A stretch of 64,000 nt of DNA from an uncultured Clostridia bacterium (lineage in GTDB: Bacteria > Bacillota > Clostridia > TANB77 > CAG-508). Shown here one piece after another: positions 43,580 through 54,136 of this stretch. Position 1 is the first letter of the stretch; every line of letters begins with the position of its first letter. The translations under genes and the position numbers were made by a program. The stretch is taken from positions 14,041-78,040 of the forward strand of contig CALXVB010000002.1 in assembly GCA_944391855.1 (NCBI GenBank), written 5' to 3'. Under the pieces are notes generated by a model. That model was not told the DNA's origin and did not search any database. It saw only the letters and a program-made list of their open reading frames with translations.

Positions 43580-44708
43580 ATGGAGAGTGATTTAATGATA
43601 GATTTTGACTCTACAACTACTGAACTTTCTAATCTTAGTTCTAAATTAACCGAAATTGGTGATTCACTTTGACATTTCTAGTTTAGAAAAAGAATTAAAA
43701 GAATTAGAAAAAGAGACTACTAGCCAAGAATTTTGGGAAAACCAACAAAATACTTCAAAAGTATTAAAAAGAATTACAGAAATAAAAAATAAGATCGAAG
43801 AATATAAGGTGACTAATAATAACTTAGATAATCTCATAGATTTAGTAGAACTATTAAAAATAGAAAAAGATGAGCAATTAGAAGCCGAGTTAGAAAAAAA
43901 CATGCTGGCTCTAAAAAAAGACATAGATAAACTTGAAATATCTACACTTCTTTCTGGAAAGTATGATATTAATAATGCAATTATAACTCTTCATCCCGGG
44001 GCAGGTGGAACTGAAGCACAGGATTGGGTAGAAATGCTATACAGAATGTATACAAGATGGGCAAATGCAAATGGATACAAGGTAGAAGAGTTAGATTATC
44101 TCCCTGGAGATGAGGCAGGAATAAAAAGTGTAACATTTCTAGTATCTGGAGATTATGCTTATGGATATTTAAAAGGAGAACAAGGTGTACACAGGCTTGT
44201 TAGAATTTCTCCTTTTGATTCAGGAGGAAGAAGACATACTTCATTTGCTTCTGTCGAAGTTCTTCCAGAAATTTCAGAAGATATTGAAGTAGATATAAAT
44301 CCAGATGATTTAAAAGTGGACACATATAGAGCATCTGGTGCAGGTGGCCAACACATAAATAAAACTTCTTCTGCAGTTAGAATTACACATATTCCTACTA
44401 ACATAGTGGTAGCATGCCAAACTGAAAGGTCTCAAATACAAAATAGGGAAACAGCCATGAAAATGCTTAAATCTAAACTATTACATTTAAAAGAACAAGA
44501 ACATAAAGAAACCATTGATGAATTAAAAGGTATACAAATGGATATTGCCTGGGGAAGCCAAATACGCTCATATGTATTTTGTCCATATACAATGGTAAAA
44601 GACCACAGAACAAATTACGAAGTAGGTAATGTAGATAGTGTAATGAACGGAGATTTAAATGGATTTATTGATAGTTATTTAAAATATATTAAGAAAGGAA
44701 AACCATAA
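43580..44708 (+). CDS. prfB: peptide chain release factor 2 with the canonical programmed +1 frameshift (CUU UGA C at 43667-43673)
   Basis: Frame 0 gives MESDLMIDFDSTTTELSNLSSKLTEIGDSL*. The +1 frame continues DISSLEKE.. through GGQ (SGAGGQHINK) and SPF. SD-like GGUGAU precedes the site. Confidence 0.95.
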
Positions 44709-44802
44709 AAGAACATATTAACTATAAATTTAATAAAATATATTATAGGCAAAATATAATTATATTTAAGCCTTGTACATTTATATATAAGGACTGTTTA
44801 TA

Positions 44803-45984
44803 ATGGAAACTATAGTCTTAAAATTTGGAGGAAGCTCTACTGCAGACAATATAAAATTAAATATTGTTGCAAACAAAATTATTGATTTTTATAATAAGAA
44901 AAACAAAGTTATTGTTGTTGTTTCAGCACAAGGAAAAACAACAGATAATTTAATAAAAGAGGCAAAAGAATTATCATACGAGCCAGATAAAAGAGAAATG
45001 GATGTACTACTTAGTACAGGAGAACAAATGTCAAGCTCAAAACTAGCAATATTGCTTAATCGACTAGGATATAATGCTGTTTCTCTAACTGGATGGCAAG
45101 CAGGAATTTATACCTCGAACATAAATGAAGAAGCTAAAATTGAATACATTAATACCGAAAGAATTAAACAAGAGCTAGATAATGGAAATATTGTGATAAT
45201 AGCAGGTTTTCAAGGAATAAATGATAAAAAAGATATCACAACTTTGGGTAGAGGAGGTTCTGATACAACAGCTGTAGCAGTAGCAGCAGCTATGAAAGCA
45301 GACCACTGTTATATATTCTCTGACGTAGATGGAGTGTACTCTACTGACCCTAATAAAATTACTGATGCTAAAAAGATAGAAGAATTATCATATGATGAAA
45401 TGCTTGATTTGTCTAACGAAGGCGCAAAAGTATTGCACAATAGATGTGTAGAAATTGCACAAAAATTTAATGTATTGATAGAAACAGGTTCAACATTTAA
45501 TAATAATTTTGGAACACAAATAAATAATAAAATAGAAGAAAGCGCAGTAAAAAGCATAGTAAAAAATGATAATTTATTCTTGATAACTTTAAAATATGAA
45601 AACTATAATGCAGACATGTTAAATAAACTATATTTCACTTTATTAAATAATGGAATTATACCAACAAACATGATAAATAACAGTATTAATAGTTTTAATG
45701 TAAGCTTTACAATAAAATCAGCAGATTTAGGAAAATTCCAAGAATTATTAGGAGATGAATTAAAAGATTTTACTTCATCATTTACTAATATATCAAGAAT
45801 TTCCCTTGTCGGATATGGAATAATGAATAATGAAAACATTATAAAGAAAACATTAGAGTTATTAAATATAAACTCTGTAGACATATTTTCTATGCAATTA
45901 GAAGAATGTAAATTATCAATTATGACCAAAGAAAAAGTAAATAACAAATTGTTAGAACAGTTACATCATGAATTAATAGTTTAA
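44803..45984 (+). CDS. aspartate kinase
   Basis: LKFGGSS..VVVSAQGKTTD kinase N-terminus; ACT-like C-terminal half. Confidence 0.9.
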   Translation: METIVLKFGGSSTADNIKLNIVANKIIDFYNKKNKVIVVVSAQGKTTDNLIKEAKELSYEPDKREMDVLLSTGEQMSSSKLAILLNRLGYNAVSLTGWQAGIYTSNINEEAKIEYINTERIKQELDNGNIVIIAGFQGINDKKDITTLGRGGSDTTAVAVAAAMKADHCYIFSDVDGVYSTDPNKITDAKKIEELSYDEMLDLSNEGAKVLHNRCVEIAQKFNVLIETGSTFNNNFGTQINNKIEESAVKSIVKNDNLFLITLKYENYNADMLNKLYFTLLNNGIIPTNMINNSINSFNVSFTIKSADLGKFQELLGDELKDFTSSFTNISRISLVGYGIMNNENIIKKTLELLNINSVDIFSMQLEECKLSIMTKEKVNNKLLEQLHHELIV

Positions 45985-46001
45985 AATTAGACAAAGAGGT
46001 C

Positions 46002-46034
46002 AACGTGGACTACTTCATATTTGTCCACGTTAAT
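46002..46034 (+). terminator. rho-independent terminator
   Basis: CAACGTGGAC..GTCCACGTTA hairpin. Confidence 0.75.
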
Positions 46035-46091
46035 TTTAATAAATTAAGAGAGGAGATTTATGGAATATTACAATCCATATAAAAGTAACAA

Positions 46092-47081
46092 ATGGCATTT
46101 TATTCATATATCTTTTCAGCAAATTATAAAAGATTTTTTAATAACATAAAAAAAGTAGCAGAAAAGGAACATAAAAGCTTTATAAAAATGGTATTCGATA
46201 CAGGATACTGTGTATTTAGATATGGATTTGGACTTACAGATTATTTAAATTATCAATTATATAATAAAAATAAATCTGAAAGAAAGAAATATTTAAGCAC
46301 TAAAAAAGAAAATAAATTTTATGAGATAGTATCTCCAAGTGCATATAAACAAAGATATACAATAAAACCTAATTTTTTAGAAGATTTCAAAAAATATACA
46401 AAAAGAGACTTCTTTGTACCTAAAGAAGGAAATTTTGACGAATTTATAAATTTTTTAGAAAAACATGAGGTATTCATGTCTAAACCATACGACGGGCTTG
46501 GTGGCGCTGACGTAAAAAAAGAATATGCTAAAAATATAGAAAACAAAGAAGAATATTTTAATAATGCAATACAAAATAGAATATTTCTAGAAGAATTAGT
46601 AGTTCAGCATCCTGAAATGAATAAATTATGTAGTACAAGTGTAAACACTATGCGTATAATGACTTTTAACAATCATGGTAATCCACGAATACTTTGGATG
46701 GGATTAAGAGTTGGAAATGGAATAAATGCTATCGACAATTTTCATGCTAAAGGCATGGCTGTAAATATTGATATAAATACTGGAAAACTTGTAGGAAATG
46801 CCATAGACAAGGATTTAAATGAATATATAGAACATCCAACTACACATATAAAATTTAACGGATTTCAAATTCCTTGCTTTGAAGAAGCAAAAAAAATGGT
46901 ACTAGAAGCAAGCCTTGAAAGTGACAAAATATTAGTTGTAGGTTGGGACGTAGCTATATCTGATAAAGGACCAGTTATAATAGAAGGAAATAGGAGACCA
47001 GGATTTGATATAGTACAAGTCTTATCCGGTGGAAGAGTTGATATTGTAGACAATGTACTAGCAGATATGAATGAACTATAG
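46092..47081 (+). CDS. sugar-transfer-associated ATP-grasp family protein
   Basis: ATP-grasp C-terminal half; family-typical aromatic N-terminus. Its stop TAG is embedded in a solo 29-nt repeat arm. Confidence 0.65.
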   Translation: MAFYSYIFSANYKRFFNNIKKVAEKEHKSFIKMVFDTGYCVFRYGFGLTDYLNYQLYNKNKSERKKYLSTKKENKFYEIVSPSAYKQRYTIKPNFLEDFKKYTKRDFFVPKEGNFDEFINFLEKHEVFMSKPYDGLGGADVKKEYAKNIENKEEYFNNAIQNRIFLEELVVQHPEMNKLCSTSVNTMRIMTFNNHGNPRILWMGLRVGNGINAIDNFHAKGMAVNIDINTGKLVGNAIDKDLNEYIEHPTTHIKFNGFQIPCFEEAKKMVLEASLESDKILVVGWDVAISDKGPVIIEGNRRPGFDIVQVLSGGRVDIVDNVLADMNEL

Positions 47082-47100
47082 GGACGTTCTTTAAAGTTCA
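47072..47100. repeat. solo copy (1 mismatch) of the 29-nt palindromic unit
   Basis: TGAACTATAGGGACGTTCTTTAAAGTTCA. Confidence 0.75.
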
Positions 47101-47233
47101 TTTCTTTAAATTGGACAAGAGTAGTAAATAACTACTTTTATTCAATTTATTTTTTTGTTCTAAAAAAGACAAGTTGTGAATATAATATTCTATAGATTAA
47201 GCACATAAAATGTGTGTAAATGGAGGTATATAT

Positions 47234-47542
47234 ATGACCATAGATGAGAGAAAAAATAATAATCTTTCAAATAATAATCCTGTTCAAAATCTAGTATTGG
47301 AAAATAGAGAAAAGTTGAGCATATCAGGTGTTTTAGACGTCTTAAGCTTTGATGACCAAATAGTAATACTAGAAACAGAACTTGGTTTATTAACAGTAAA
47401 AGGAGAAAACCTACGAATAAATAAATTAAGCTTGGACACTGCTGACGTGATAGTTGATGGCGAAATATACAATTTAGGTTATAGCGAAAAAAACCTAGAT
47501 AAAAAGAGTGGGGGAGGAATATTAGGAAAAATCTTTAAATAG
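47234..47542 (+). CDS. yabP: sporulation protein YabP
   Basis: ..LSISGVLDVLSFDDQIVILET..LTVKGENLRI..; GGAGGT RBS. Confidence 0.85.
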   Translation: MTIDERKNNNLSNNNPVQNLVLENREKLSISGVLDVLSFDDQIVILETELGLLTVKGENLRINKLSLDTADVIVDGEIYNLGYSEKNLDKKSGGGILGKIFK

Positions 47543-47553
47543 GGGGAATATAA

Positions 47554-48021
47554 TTGAATGAAATTTATATTTTTTCTTTATTTATTCTAACTGGAATGAT
47601 AATTGGAATATTATTTGACATTTTTAGAATATTTAGGAAGAATTTTAAAACTATAGACTCTATTACATATATTCAGGATTTTCTTTTTTGGATTCTTACA
47701 GGTATAATACTTTTATATAGTATTTTTGCATTTAATAATGGAGAATTACGAGGATATATTTTTGTTGGTATAATCTTAGGTATATTTTTGTATATGTTAA
47801 TTTTAAGTAAACCGTTCGTAAGAATATCTAGTAAAATAATTAGCTTAATGAAAAAAATATTATCTGTTCCAATAAATTTTTTAAATAAATATGTTATAAA
47901 ACCATTATCAAACTTATTGTCCAGATTATTAAATTGGATTAAAAAAATTATTAAAGTAAATATTCCTAAAATAAATCTAAAAAATAAGAAAAATGACAAA
48001 TTATCTAATAAAATTCAATAA
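47554..48021 (+). CDS. yabQ: spore cortex biosynthesis protein YabQ
   Basis: Small membrane protein immediately after yabP; conserved synteny. Confidence 0.7.
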   Translation: MNEIYIFSLFILTGMIIGILFDIFRIFRKNFKTIDSITYIQDFLFWILTGIILLYSIFAFNNGELRGYIFVGIILGIFLYMLILSKPFVRISSKIISLMKKILSVPINFLNKYVIKPLSNLLSRLLNWIKKIIKVNIPKINLKNKKNDKLSNKIQ

Positions 48022-48076
48022 ATTTAGAAGGATTTTCTGGAAAAATGTAGAAAAAAATATATAGATTAATTCTGGA

Positions 48077-48370
48077 GTGAAAATACATATGAAAAATAAA
48101 AAAATGAATAATTTGTTGAAAAAAATATTAGTATTAATATTTATTATATATTTTGTTTATACAATAATAGCACAGCAAAAAACTTTAAATACTTATGCAC
48201 AAGAAAAAGATAAATGTAATGAAGATATTGAAGTTGCACAAGAAGAGCAACAAGAATTACAAGAAATGAAAGAAAATATAAATTCTGATGAATATATAGA
48301 GCAAATTGCAAGAGAAAAATTAGGTATGTACTATCCTAATGAAAGAGTTTATATTGATATCGAAAAATAA
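48077..48370 (+). CDS. divIC: septum formation initiator DivIC/FtsB family
   Basis: N-terminal TM + coiled coil; follows yabP-yabQ. Confidence 0.8.
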   Translation: MKIHMKNKKMNNLLKKILVLIFIIYFVYTIIAQQKTLNTYAQEKDKCNEDIEVAQEEQQELQEMKENINSDEYIEQIAREKLGMYYPNERVYIDIEK

Positions 48371-48502
48371 AAATTACTAAAAAGTATAAGAGGCATTTAG
48401 ATGCCTCCATATTTGCTTTTTTCAATTTATTTAATTTCTCATAAATTTTCACAATTAAAAACAAATAACAATTATAATAAAATTATATATAGGGGGCTTA
48501 AT

Positions 48503-49852
48503 ATGGATTTAAAAGATTATACCTTAGTAGAATTACGCCAATTAGCTAAAGAACGTGGCGTTAAAAATGTTTCAAAATTAAAGAAAGAAGAATTGTTAGA
48601 TTTTTTAAATAATATGAATGATAAAAAAGAAGATAGTAAAACAATAGACAATAACTCTACTGTTGAAGAAACAGAAGTAGTAGATGAAAATAGAGCTGAA
48701 GAGTTTAATTCTTTAGGATATAAATTAACTAATAATGGAGATAAAATTGTTGAAGGAATCTTAGAAGTCCTTCCTGATGGATATGGCTTCTTAAGAGGAG
48801 ACAATTATCTATCAACTGCAGATGATGTATATATTTCACCTGTTCAAATTAGAAGATTTAGATTAGATAATGGAGATAAGATAACAGGAATTGCTAGAAT
48901 GCCAAAAGAAGGTGAGAAATTCCCAGCATTAATTTTCGTAGGAAAAGTAAATGGTGATGCACCAGAAATGGCTTTTAAAAGGAAAAAATTTGATGACCTT
49001 ACACCTATCCATCCAAACGAAAGGATACATTTAGAAACGGCACCTAATGAATATGCAATGAGAATTATAGATTTAATGTCTCCAATAGGTAAAGGGCAAA
49101 GAGGTATGATTGTTGCGCCTCCTAAAGTTGGAAAAACTACTCTTTTAAAGAAAATAGCAAATAGTATTTCAATAAATAACCCAGAAGTAGAATTAATCGT
49201 ACTTTTAATAGATGAAAGGCCAGAAGAAGTTACAGACATGCGCCGTTCAATAAAAGGAGACGTAATATATTCTACATTTGATGAATTACCAGAGCACCAT
49301 GTAAAAGTTGCAGAAATTGTATTAGAAAGAGCTAAAAGACTAACAGAACAAAATAAAGACGTAGTTATATTGTTGGATAGTATAACAAGGCTTGCTAGAG
49401 CATACAATTTAGTTATTCCTTCTTCTGGAAGAACATTATCTGGCGGTTTAGATCCAAGTGCATTACATAAACCAAAAAAATTCTTTGGCGCTGCTAGAAA
49501 TATAGAAAATGGGGGAAGCCTTACAATTCTTGCTACGGCCTTAATAGAGACAGGAAGTAGAATGGATGATGTAATTTTCGAAGAATTTAAAGGAACAGGA
49601 AACATGGAAGTTCATCTTGATAGAGGATTATCGGAAAAGAGAATTTTCCCAGCTATTGATATAAATAAATCTGGTACTAGACGTGAAGAATTATTATTAT
49701 CGCCAAAAGAATTAGAAGTAGTATTTGCTTTAAGAAAAGCAATGTCAACAAAATCTGTATCTGACGTAACAGAAGAATTAATTGAACAAATGATGCTAAC
49801 TAAAAGTAATGAAGAGTTTTTAGATAAGATATCTAACTTTTTAAAACTATAA
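48503..49852 (+). CDS. rho: transcription termination factor Rho
   Basis: Rho N-terminal and CSD-like domains, Walker A ([10 protein letters not shown]), Q/R loops; AGGGGGCT RBS. Confidence 0.95.
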   Translation: MDLKDYTLVELRQLAKERGVKNVSKLKKEELLDFLNNMNDKKEDSKTIDNNSTVEETEVVDENRAEEFNSLGYKLTNNGDKIVEGILEVLPDGYGFLRGDNYLSTADDVYISPVQIRRFRLDNGDKITGIARMPKEGEKFPALIFVGKVNGDAPEMAFKRKKFDDLTPIHPNERIHLETAPNEYAMRIIDLMSPIGKGQRGMIVAPPKVGKTTLLKKIANSISINNPEVELIVLLIDERPEEVTDMRRSIKGDVIYSTFDELPEHHVKVAEIVLERAKRLTEQNKDVVILLDSITRLARAYNLVIPSSGRTLSGGLDPSALHKPKKFFGAARNIENGGSLTILATALIETGSRMDDVIFEEFKGTGNMEVHLDRGLSEKRIFPAIDINKSGTRREELLLSPKELEVVFALRKAMSTKSVSDVTEELIEQMMLTKSNEEFLDKISNFLKL

Positions 49853-51016
49853 AATTAAATTAATATATATAATACAATTAAAAATACAATAAAAAGGAAA
49901 TTAAGTAATAATTATTTGCTTGATTTCTTTTTTATTTTTGAGGTAGGAAGGAGTAGTGTAATAAGTACCAAAAAACGGAAAGTTCTAATTGCACAAAATG
50001 ATAGTTTTGCGCAATTTGGTATAGGGGGCAAAAATATATAACTACATACATGGCTATTTCTTGTAATCCCTGCTATTAGCCTTATACAAAGCTTTTATAC
50101 TCATTTATTTAGACTAATAACTATATTACTTTCGTATTAAATCCCCTTAAAACTGATTCTGAAGCCTCATTATTTTGGTTGGATTTTTTTTCATTATTGT
50201 AACCAGTTTTTTTATTCAAAAAAATTATAAGATTTTTATTTTTTCTTCAAAATTTTTAAAAACCTTATATTTCAGTATTTTGCCTATTTTTGCAGACAAC
50301 AAACTATATGTCCAAAAAATAAAAACGCCTTAAAATCGATTCTCGTGCGTCATATTTTTGGCACTTTTCTTGTAATTATTATATCTCTTACTATATACTA
50401 TAATTTGCATATTTATATCATATTTTAGAGCATTTATTTTATTATTATTATATTTTATCAAGCATTTATATATCTTTAAATAATTTACTTATATTTATAG
50501 ACGAATAATTTTATTACTTTATTATTAAATTGCCTTAAAATCGATTTTAGAGCTTCATAAATATATTACTAATATTCAATTTCAAAATACAAATTATAAT
50601 AAATACTATTATAAAAATATTGTATTAAATGTTATTAAATATTTTAAATTTCATATTATAACAAATGTTCGTTTTTAAATATTTTTAATATAATTTGTAA
50701 ATCTAAAACTTTGCACAAAATTTATAATTTAATTTTTATTTACAATTTATTTTTTACTTGATTTATAATTTAAAATTATTTTTATTTGTCTTTTATATAT
50801 TTTCTTCAAATTTATAATTAATTTATTTAGTATAATAAATTATAGAAAATAAAATTTTATTTAATATATTTTTATAATTTTTATATATTAAAAAATGTGC
50901 TATTCCCCCCTACTCTACGTTTTATCAAATGAAAAAAGATTAGTTATAAAAGATTAGTTATATTTCAAACTAATCTATTAATTGTAAGCTGTCTTTCTAA
51001 TATTGGATGTATATAC
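49853..51016. repeat. 1.16-kb AT-rich ORF-free region with internal repeats
   Basis: Three copies (50146, 50329, 50534) of CCTTAAAAYYGATTYT..GC.TCAT at ~190-nt spacing. TTTATAATTTA iterons at 50700-50830. Tandem AAAGATTAGTTATA x2 plus inverted copy at 50936-50985. Confidence 0.6.
50003..50073. repeat. direct repeat R1 (~70 bp), ~88% identical to R2 at 52118-52187
   Basis: AGTTTTGCGCAAT..GGTATAGGGGGCAAAAATATATAAC..CATGG.CATTTCTTGTAATCCCTGC. Confidence 0.75.
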
Positions 51017-51286
51017 CTAAAACCAAATATTATACATATATTCTAGTAATTCTTCACATAATTCATAATCACTAGATTCAGCAATAACAGCATCTATATC
51101 ACAATAAGGACATAAAGCTGTCTTCGTACCTGATTTTTCTTCAATCCATTCTTTTATTTCTTTAGGATTATATATTCTTAAACAATAAAAACATCCACAT
51201 TTATTTGAATTGTTCAATTCTTCCTCATTATTAATTGAATGACCATATGCTTTATCTGCATATCTTTCAAGTTTCCACTTTTCCAT
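51017..51286 (-). CDS. small 4-Cys (zinc-ribbon-like) hypothetical protein
   Basis: CGCFYC..CPYCD. Confidence 0.45.
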   Translation of the reverse strand: MEKWKLERYADKAYGHSINNEEELNNSNKCGCFYCLRIYNPKEIKEWIEEKSGTKTALCPYCDIDAVIAESSDYELCEELLEYMYNIWF

Positions 51287-51350
51287 ATATTCTCTCCCAC
51301 AACTTACTATTTTACTTATTATATTTTAAACATTTTTCTTCTAATCTATT

Positions 51351-51872
51351 CTATACTGTTTCGAGATTATATGACCAATTTTGAATTCTTCTATCTTCAA
51401 GCATTAAGTTAAAACTATACTTAATTTCTTTATATGTAATTTTATCTCCAGTAGTAACATCAATTTTCATAATAACAGGCATTGATTCCATATAGTTAGC
51501 TTTGAAAGTTATTCTATATCCACCATAATCATCATCTTCTCTAATTAACTCTATTTTCTGTACTTCAAATGTAATTCCATCATCAATTTTTATATTGCAA
51601 ATTTCGTTAATTATATTTGAAATATTTTCTTCAGTTAATTTGAATCCTTTAATTGTTGTATCCATGTCCATAGTTGTTCTACTATCAATTCCAAGCATAG
51701 CAGAGATTAGCATTCCACCTTTTAGAATAAAATTATCTTTGTATTTGGAAATAGAGATTCTTTCAAGTAATCTTTCAAGCATATATGTTTGTAATACAGA
51801 TTGTGCCGAAACTTTATTTTCTTTTGCAATATTATTAATAATTGCTTTTAGACTCATTGCATTTCTTTTCAT
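51351..51872 (-). pseudogene. AbiEii/AbiGii-family nucleotidyltransferase toxin, C-terminally truncated (173 of ~290 aa)
   Basis: MKRNAMSLKAIINNIAKENKVSAQSVLQTYMLERLLERIS..FILKGG..DMDTTI is the family signature; it ends after ..NLETV. Confidence 0.75.
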
Positions 51873-52117
51873 CCGAGCACCTCCATATATTGAGCCAATA
51901 TTTTTTCTATTTTAAATTTTGTTGCATATTCTGATAATAAAATAAGGTTTTTATCTTTTCTTTTCATATATTCGTTTAATGCTGTATTAAAAATTTGTAA
52001 ATCGATTTTATTCCTATCTCTAATAATATCACAAATGGTTCTTTCAATATTATAAATTCTTATTGCCAAATCATCATCCAATTTTAAACATGTATAATTT
52101 TTGGTTTGTATTATCAA
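51869..52117 (-). pseudogene. AbiEi-family antitoxin, C-terminal fragment only
   Basis: IERTICDIIRDRNKIDLQIF..EYATKFKIEKIL hallmark motif. 4-nt overlap with the AbiEii start. The upstream part of the ORF is encoded by repeat R2. Confidence 0.6.
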
Positions 52118-52187
52118 AGTTTTGCGCAATAAGGTATAGGGGCAAAAATATATAACCATGCACATGGTCATTTCTTGTAATCCCTGC
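52118..52187. repeat. direct repeat R2 (partner of R1)
   Basis: See R1. Confidence 0.75.
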
Positions 52188-52211
52188 CATTTCTATTAAA
52201 AATCGTAATAT

Positions 52212-52877
52212 TTAAACTATTTCTCTCATTGAAGTAGATTCTACTTTTCCATCCTCATCAAATTCTATTAAAAGGTCATAATAATGTTTTGTTGTAAAAA
52301 TATTATACTTTCCCCAAATTACTCCTTCATATAAAATTCCTGCATTATATGTATAGTATAAAGTATTGCCTTTATATTCTGTGGTGCCATCTGGTTCTCC
52401 AAGTAGTATAGCAACTTTTTCTTTTGACAAACCTATAAGACTGTTATTATCATCATATTGTTCCATTTCTAAATATAAATTATCAGGATTTTGACGTTCT
52501 TTAAATAAAAAATCTCCTAAAAAACACATTAATAGAGCAATAATAATTGCTGCTATTATCATCAAAATTATGAATTTTTTATTTTTCCTCATGCCAATAT
52601 AGATTGCAATATACAAACACATTATTATGATAGTGTAATAATAAATTTCATAAAGTAGCATAGTTATACACAAGTTGAAAAATTCATAAGAAGTATCCGC
52701 AATAACGGATCCAAGCATTTGTATTGGTATAGTTATTGCCGTACAGCCTATAATTATTCCTATTAAGGAGTTTGCTATAATCTTACCACCTTTTAAGCTT
52801 TTTCTTAAGCTATATATCCATATACAAAAAATTGCTGGTATTCCTATAACTATTAACATATATAAATTCCAATTCAT
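52212..52877 (-). CDS. hypothetical membrane protein (4 TM + C-terminal soluble domain)
   Basis: 221-aa ORF. Confidence 0.55.
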   Translation of the reverse strand: MNWNLYMLIVIGIPAIFCIWIYSLRKSLKGGKIIANSLIGIIIGCTAITIPIQMLGSVIADTSYEFFNLCITMLLYEIYYYTIIIMCLYIAIYIGMRKNKKFIILMIIAAIIIALLMCFLGDFLFKERQNPDNLYLEMEQYDDNNSLIGLSKEKVAILLGEPDGTTEYKGNTLYYTYNAGILYEGVIWGKYNIFTTKHYYDLLIEFDEDGKVESTSMREIV

Positions 52878-53057
52878 TTTATATCACCTATATTTTTACC
52901 TAAATATTATTAGTTTCATACTCTCATTACAATATATATAATATCACATTTTTTATATGTTTCCAATAAATATGTATAATTTTCGCAATGTAATAAAAAA
53001 TTGGTTGCTTTTATTTGATTATTAGTATATATTATGTATATACGAGGTGAAAATTTT

Positions 53058-54051
53058 ATGATTAATTCTGACTTAAATCCTGAATTTATAAATTCATTTT
53101 TAGACTATTCAGCTGTCGTTTTAAATAAATCTATTAATTCTGTTAAAGAATACAGTTATGATTTAAATATGTTTTTTAAATATATGAAAATTCATTTTAA
53201 GCTAACCAAGGAAACAGATTTTAATAAAATATATATTAGAGATTTCGACTTACAAACTGTAAAGAAAATAACTACTAATGACATAAATGCTTTTTTATCA
53301 TACCTTGCATTAAGTATGCGGAAGTAAACCTGCTACAAGAGCCAGAAAAATATCTACAATACGAATATTTTTTGCCTATCTTTATGACCAAAAAATGATA
53401 AAAGAAAATCCAGCTATAGGAATTAAAACTCCAAAGCAGGAAAAACGTATGCCTAAATATCTATCTTTAGAGGATAGTAAAAGACTTCTAAATGTTACTG
53501 CAGACGAGAATGACGAAAACAAAGAAAGAGATTATGCTATCATTACACTATTTCTTAATTGCGGTCTACGTTTATCTGAATTAGTAGGAATAAATATATC
53601 TAACATCGATTTTAGTGAAAATAGATTAACTGTAATAGGTAAAGGTAATAAAGAGCGTACTATATACTTAAATGAAGCTTGCATAAATGCAATTACGAAA
53701 TATATGTCTGTGCGTCCTAAAGAAGGCGTTAAAATGGATTCTAAAGCTTCTAATAAGGCATTATTTTTAAGTAAAAGGAAGGAAAGAATAAGCAATCGAA
53801 CTGTACAATATATAGTAGAAAGAGAATTACTAAAAGCAGGACTAGATACTTCTAAGTATTCAACACATAAATTAAGACATACTGCTGCTACTTTAATGTA
53901 TCAATATGGAAAAGTAGATATTAGAGCTCTGCAAGAATTATTAGGACACGAAAGCATTGCTACAACAGAAATATATACTCATGTAAGTAATGAGCAAGTA
54001 CGAGATGCAGTTGAAAGTAATCCATTAAATGATGAATATAAAAAGAATTAA
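53058..54051 (+). CDS. XerC/XerD-like tyrosine recombinase, readable only with a +1 shift (extra C at 53319)
   Basis: Skipping C53319 gives ..FLSYLALSMGSKPATRARKISTIRIFFAYLYDQKMIKENPA... Catalytic R..HxxR..Y residues lie in the 53395..54051 part. Confidence 0.85.
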
Positions 54052-54136
54052 TAAATATTATAATTTCCATACCAGCACTTCACTTTACATAACAACATAT
54101 TATATATAAATATGTTATGAAAGGAAGTGTTATTTA

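Noticed and set aside
46061-46150. 29-aa ORF (MEYYNPYKSNKWHF..) with strong RBS overlapping the ATP-grasp gene start
   Set aside because: It is out of frame with the downstream gene and there is no CGG-type junction. It is possibly a translational-coupling uORF, but this is unsupported.
48844-49605. 253-aa minus-strand ORF inside rho
   Set aside because: Antisense shadow of a conserved gene.
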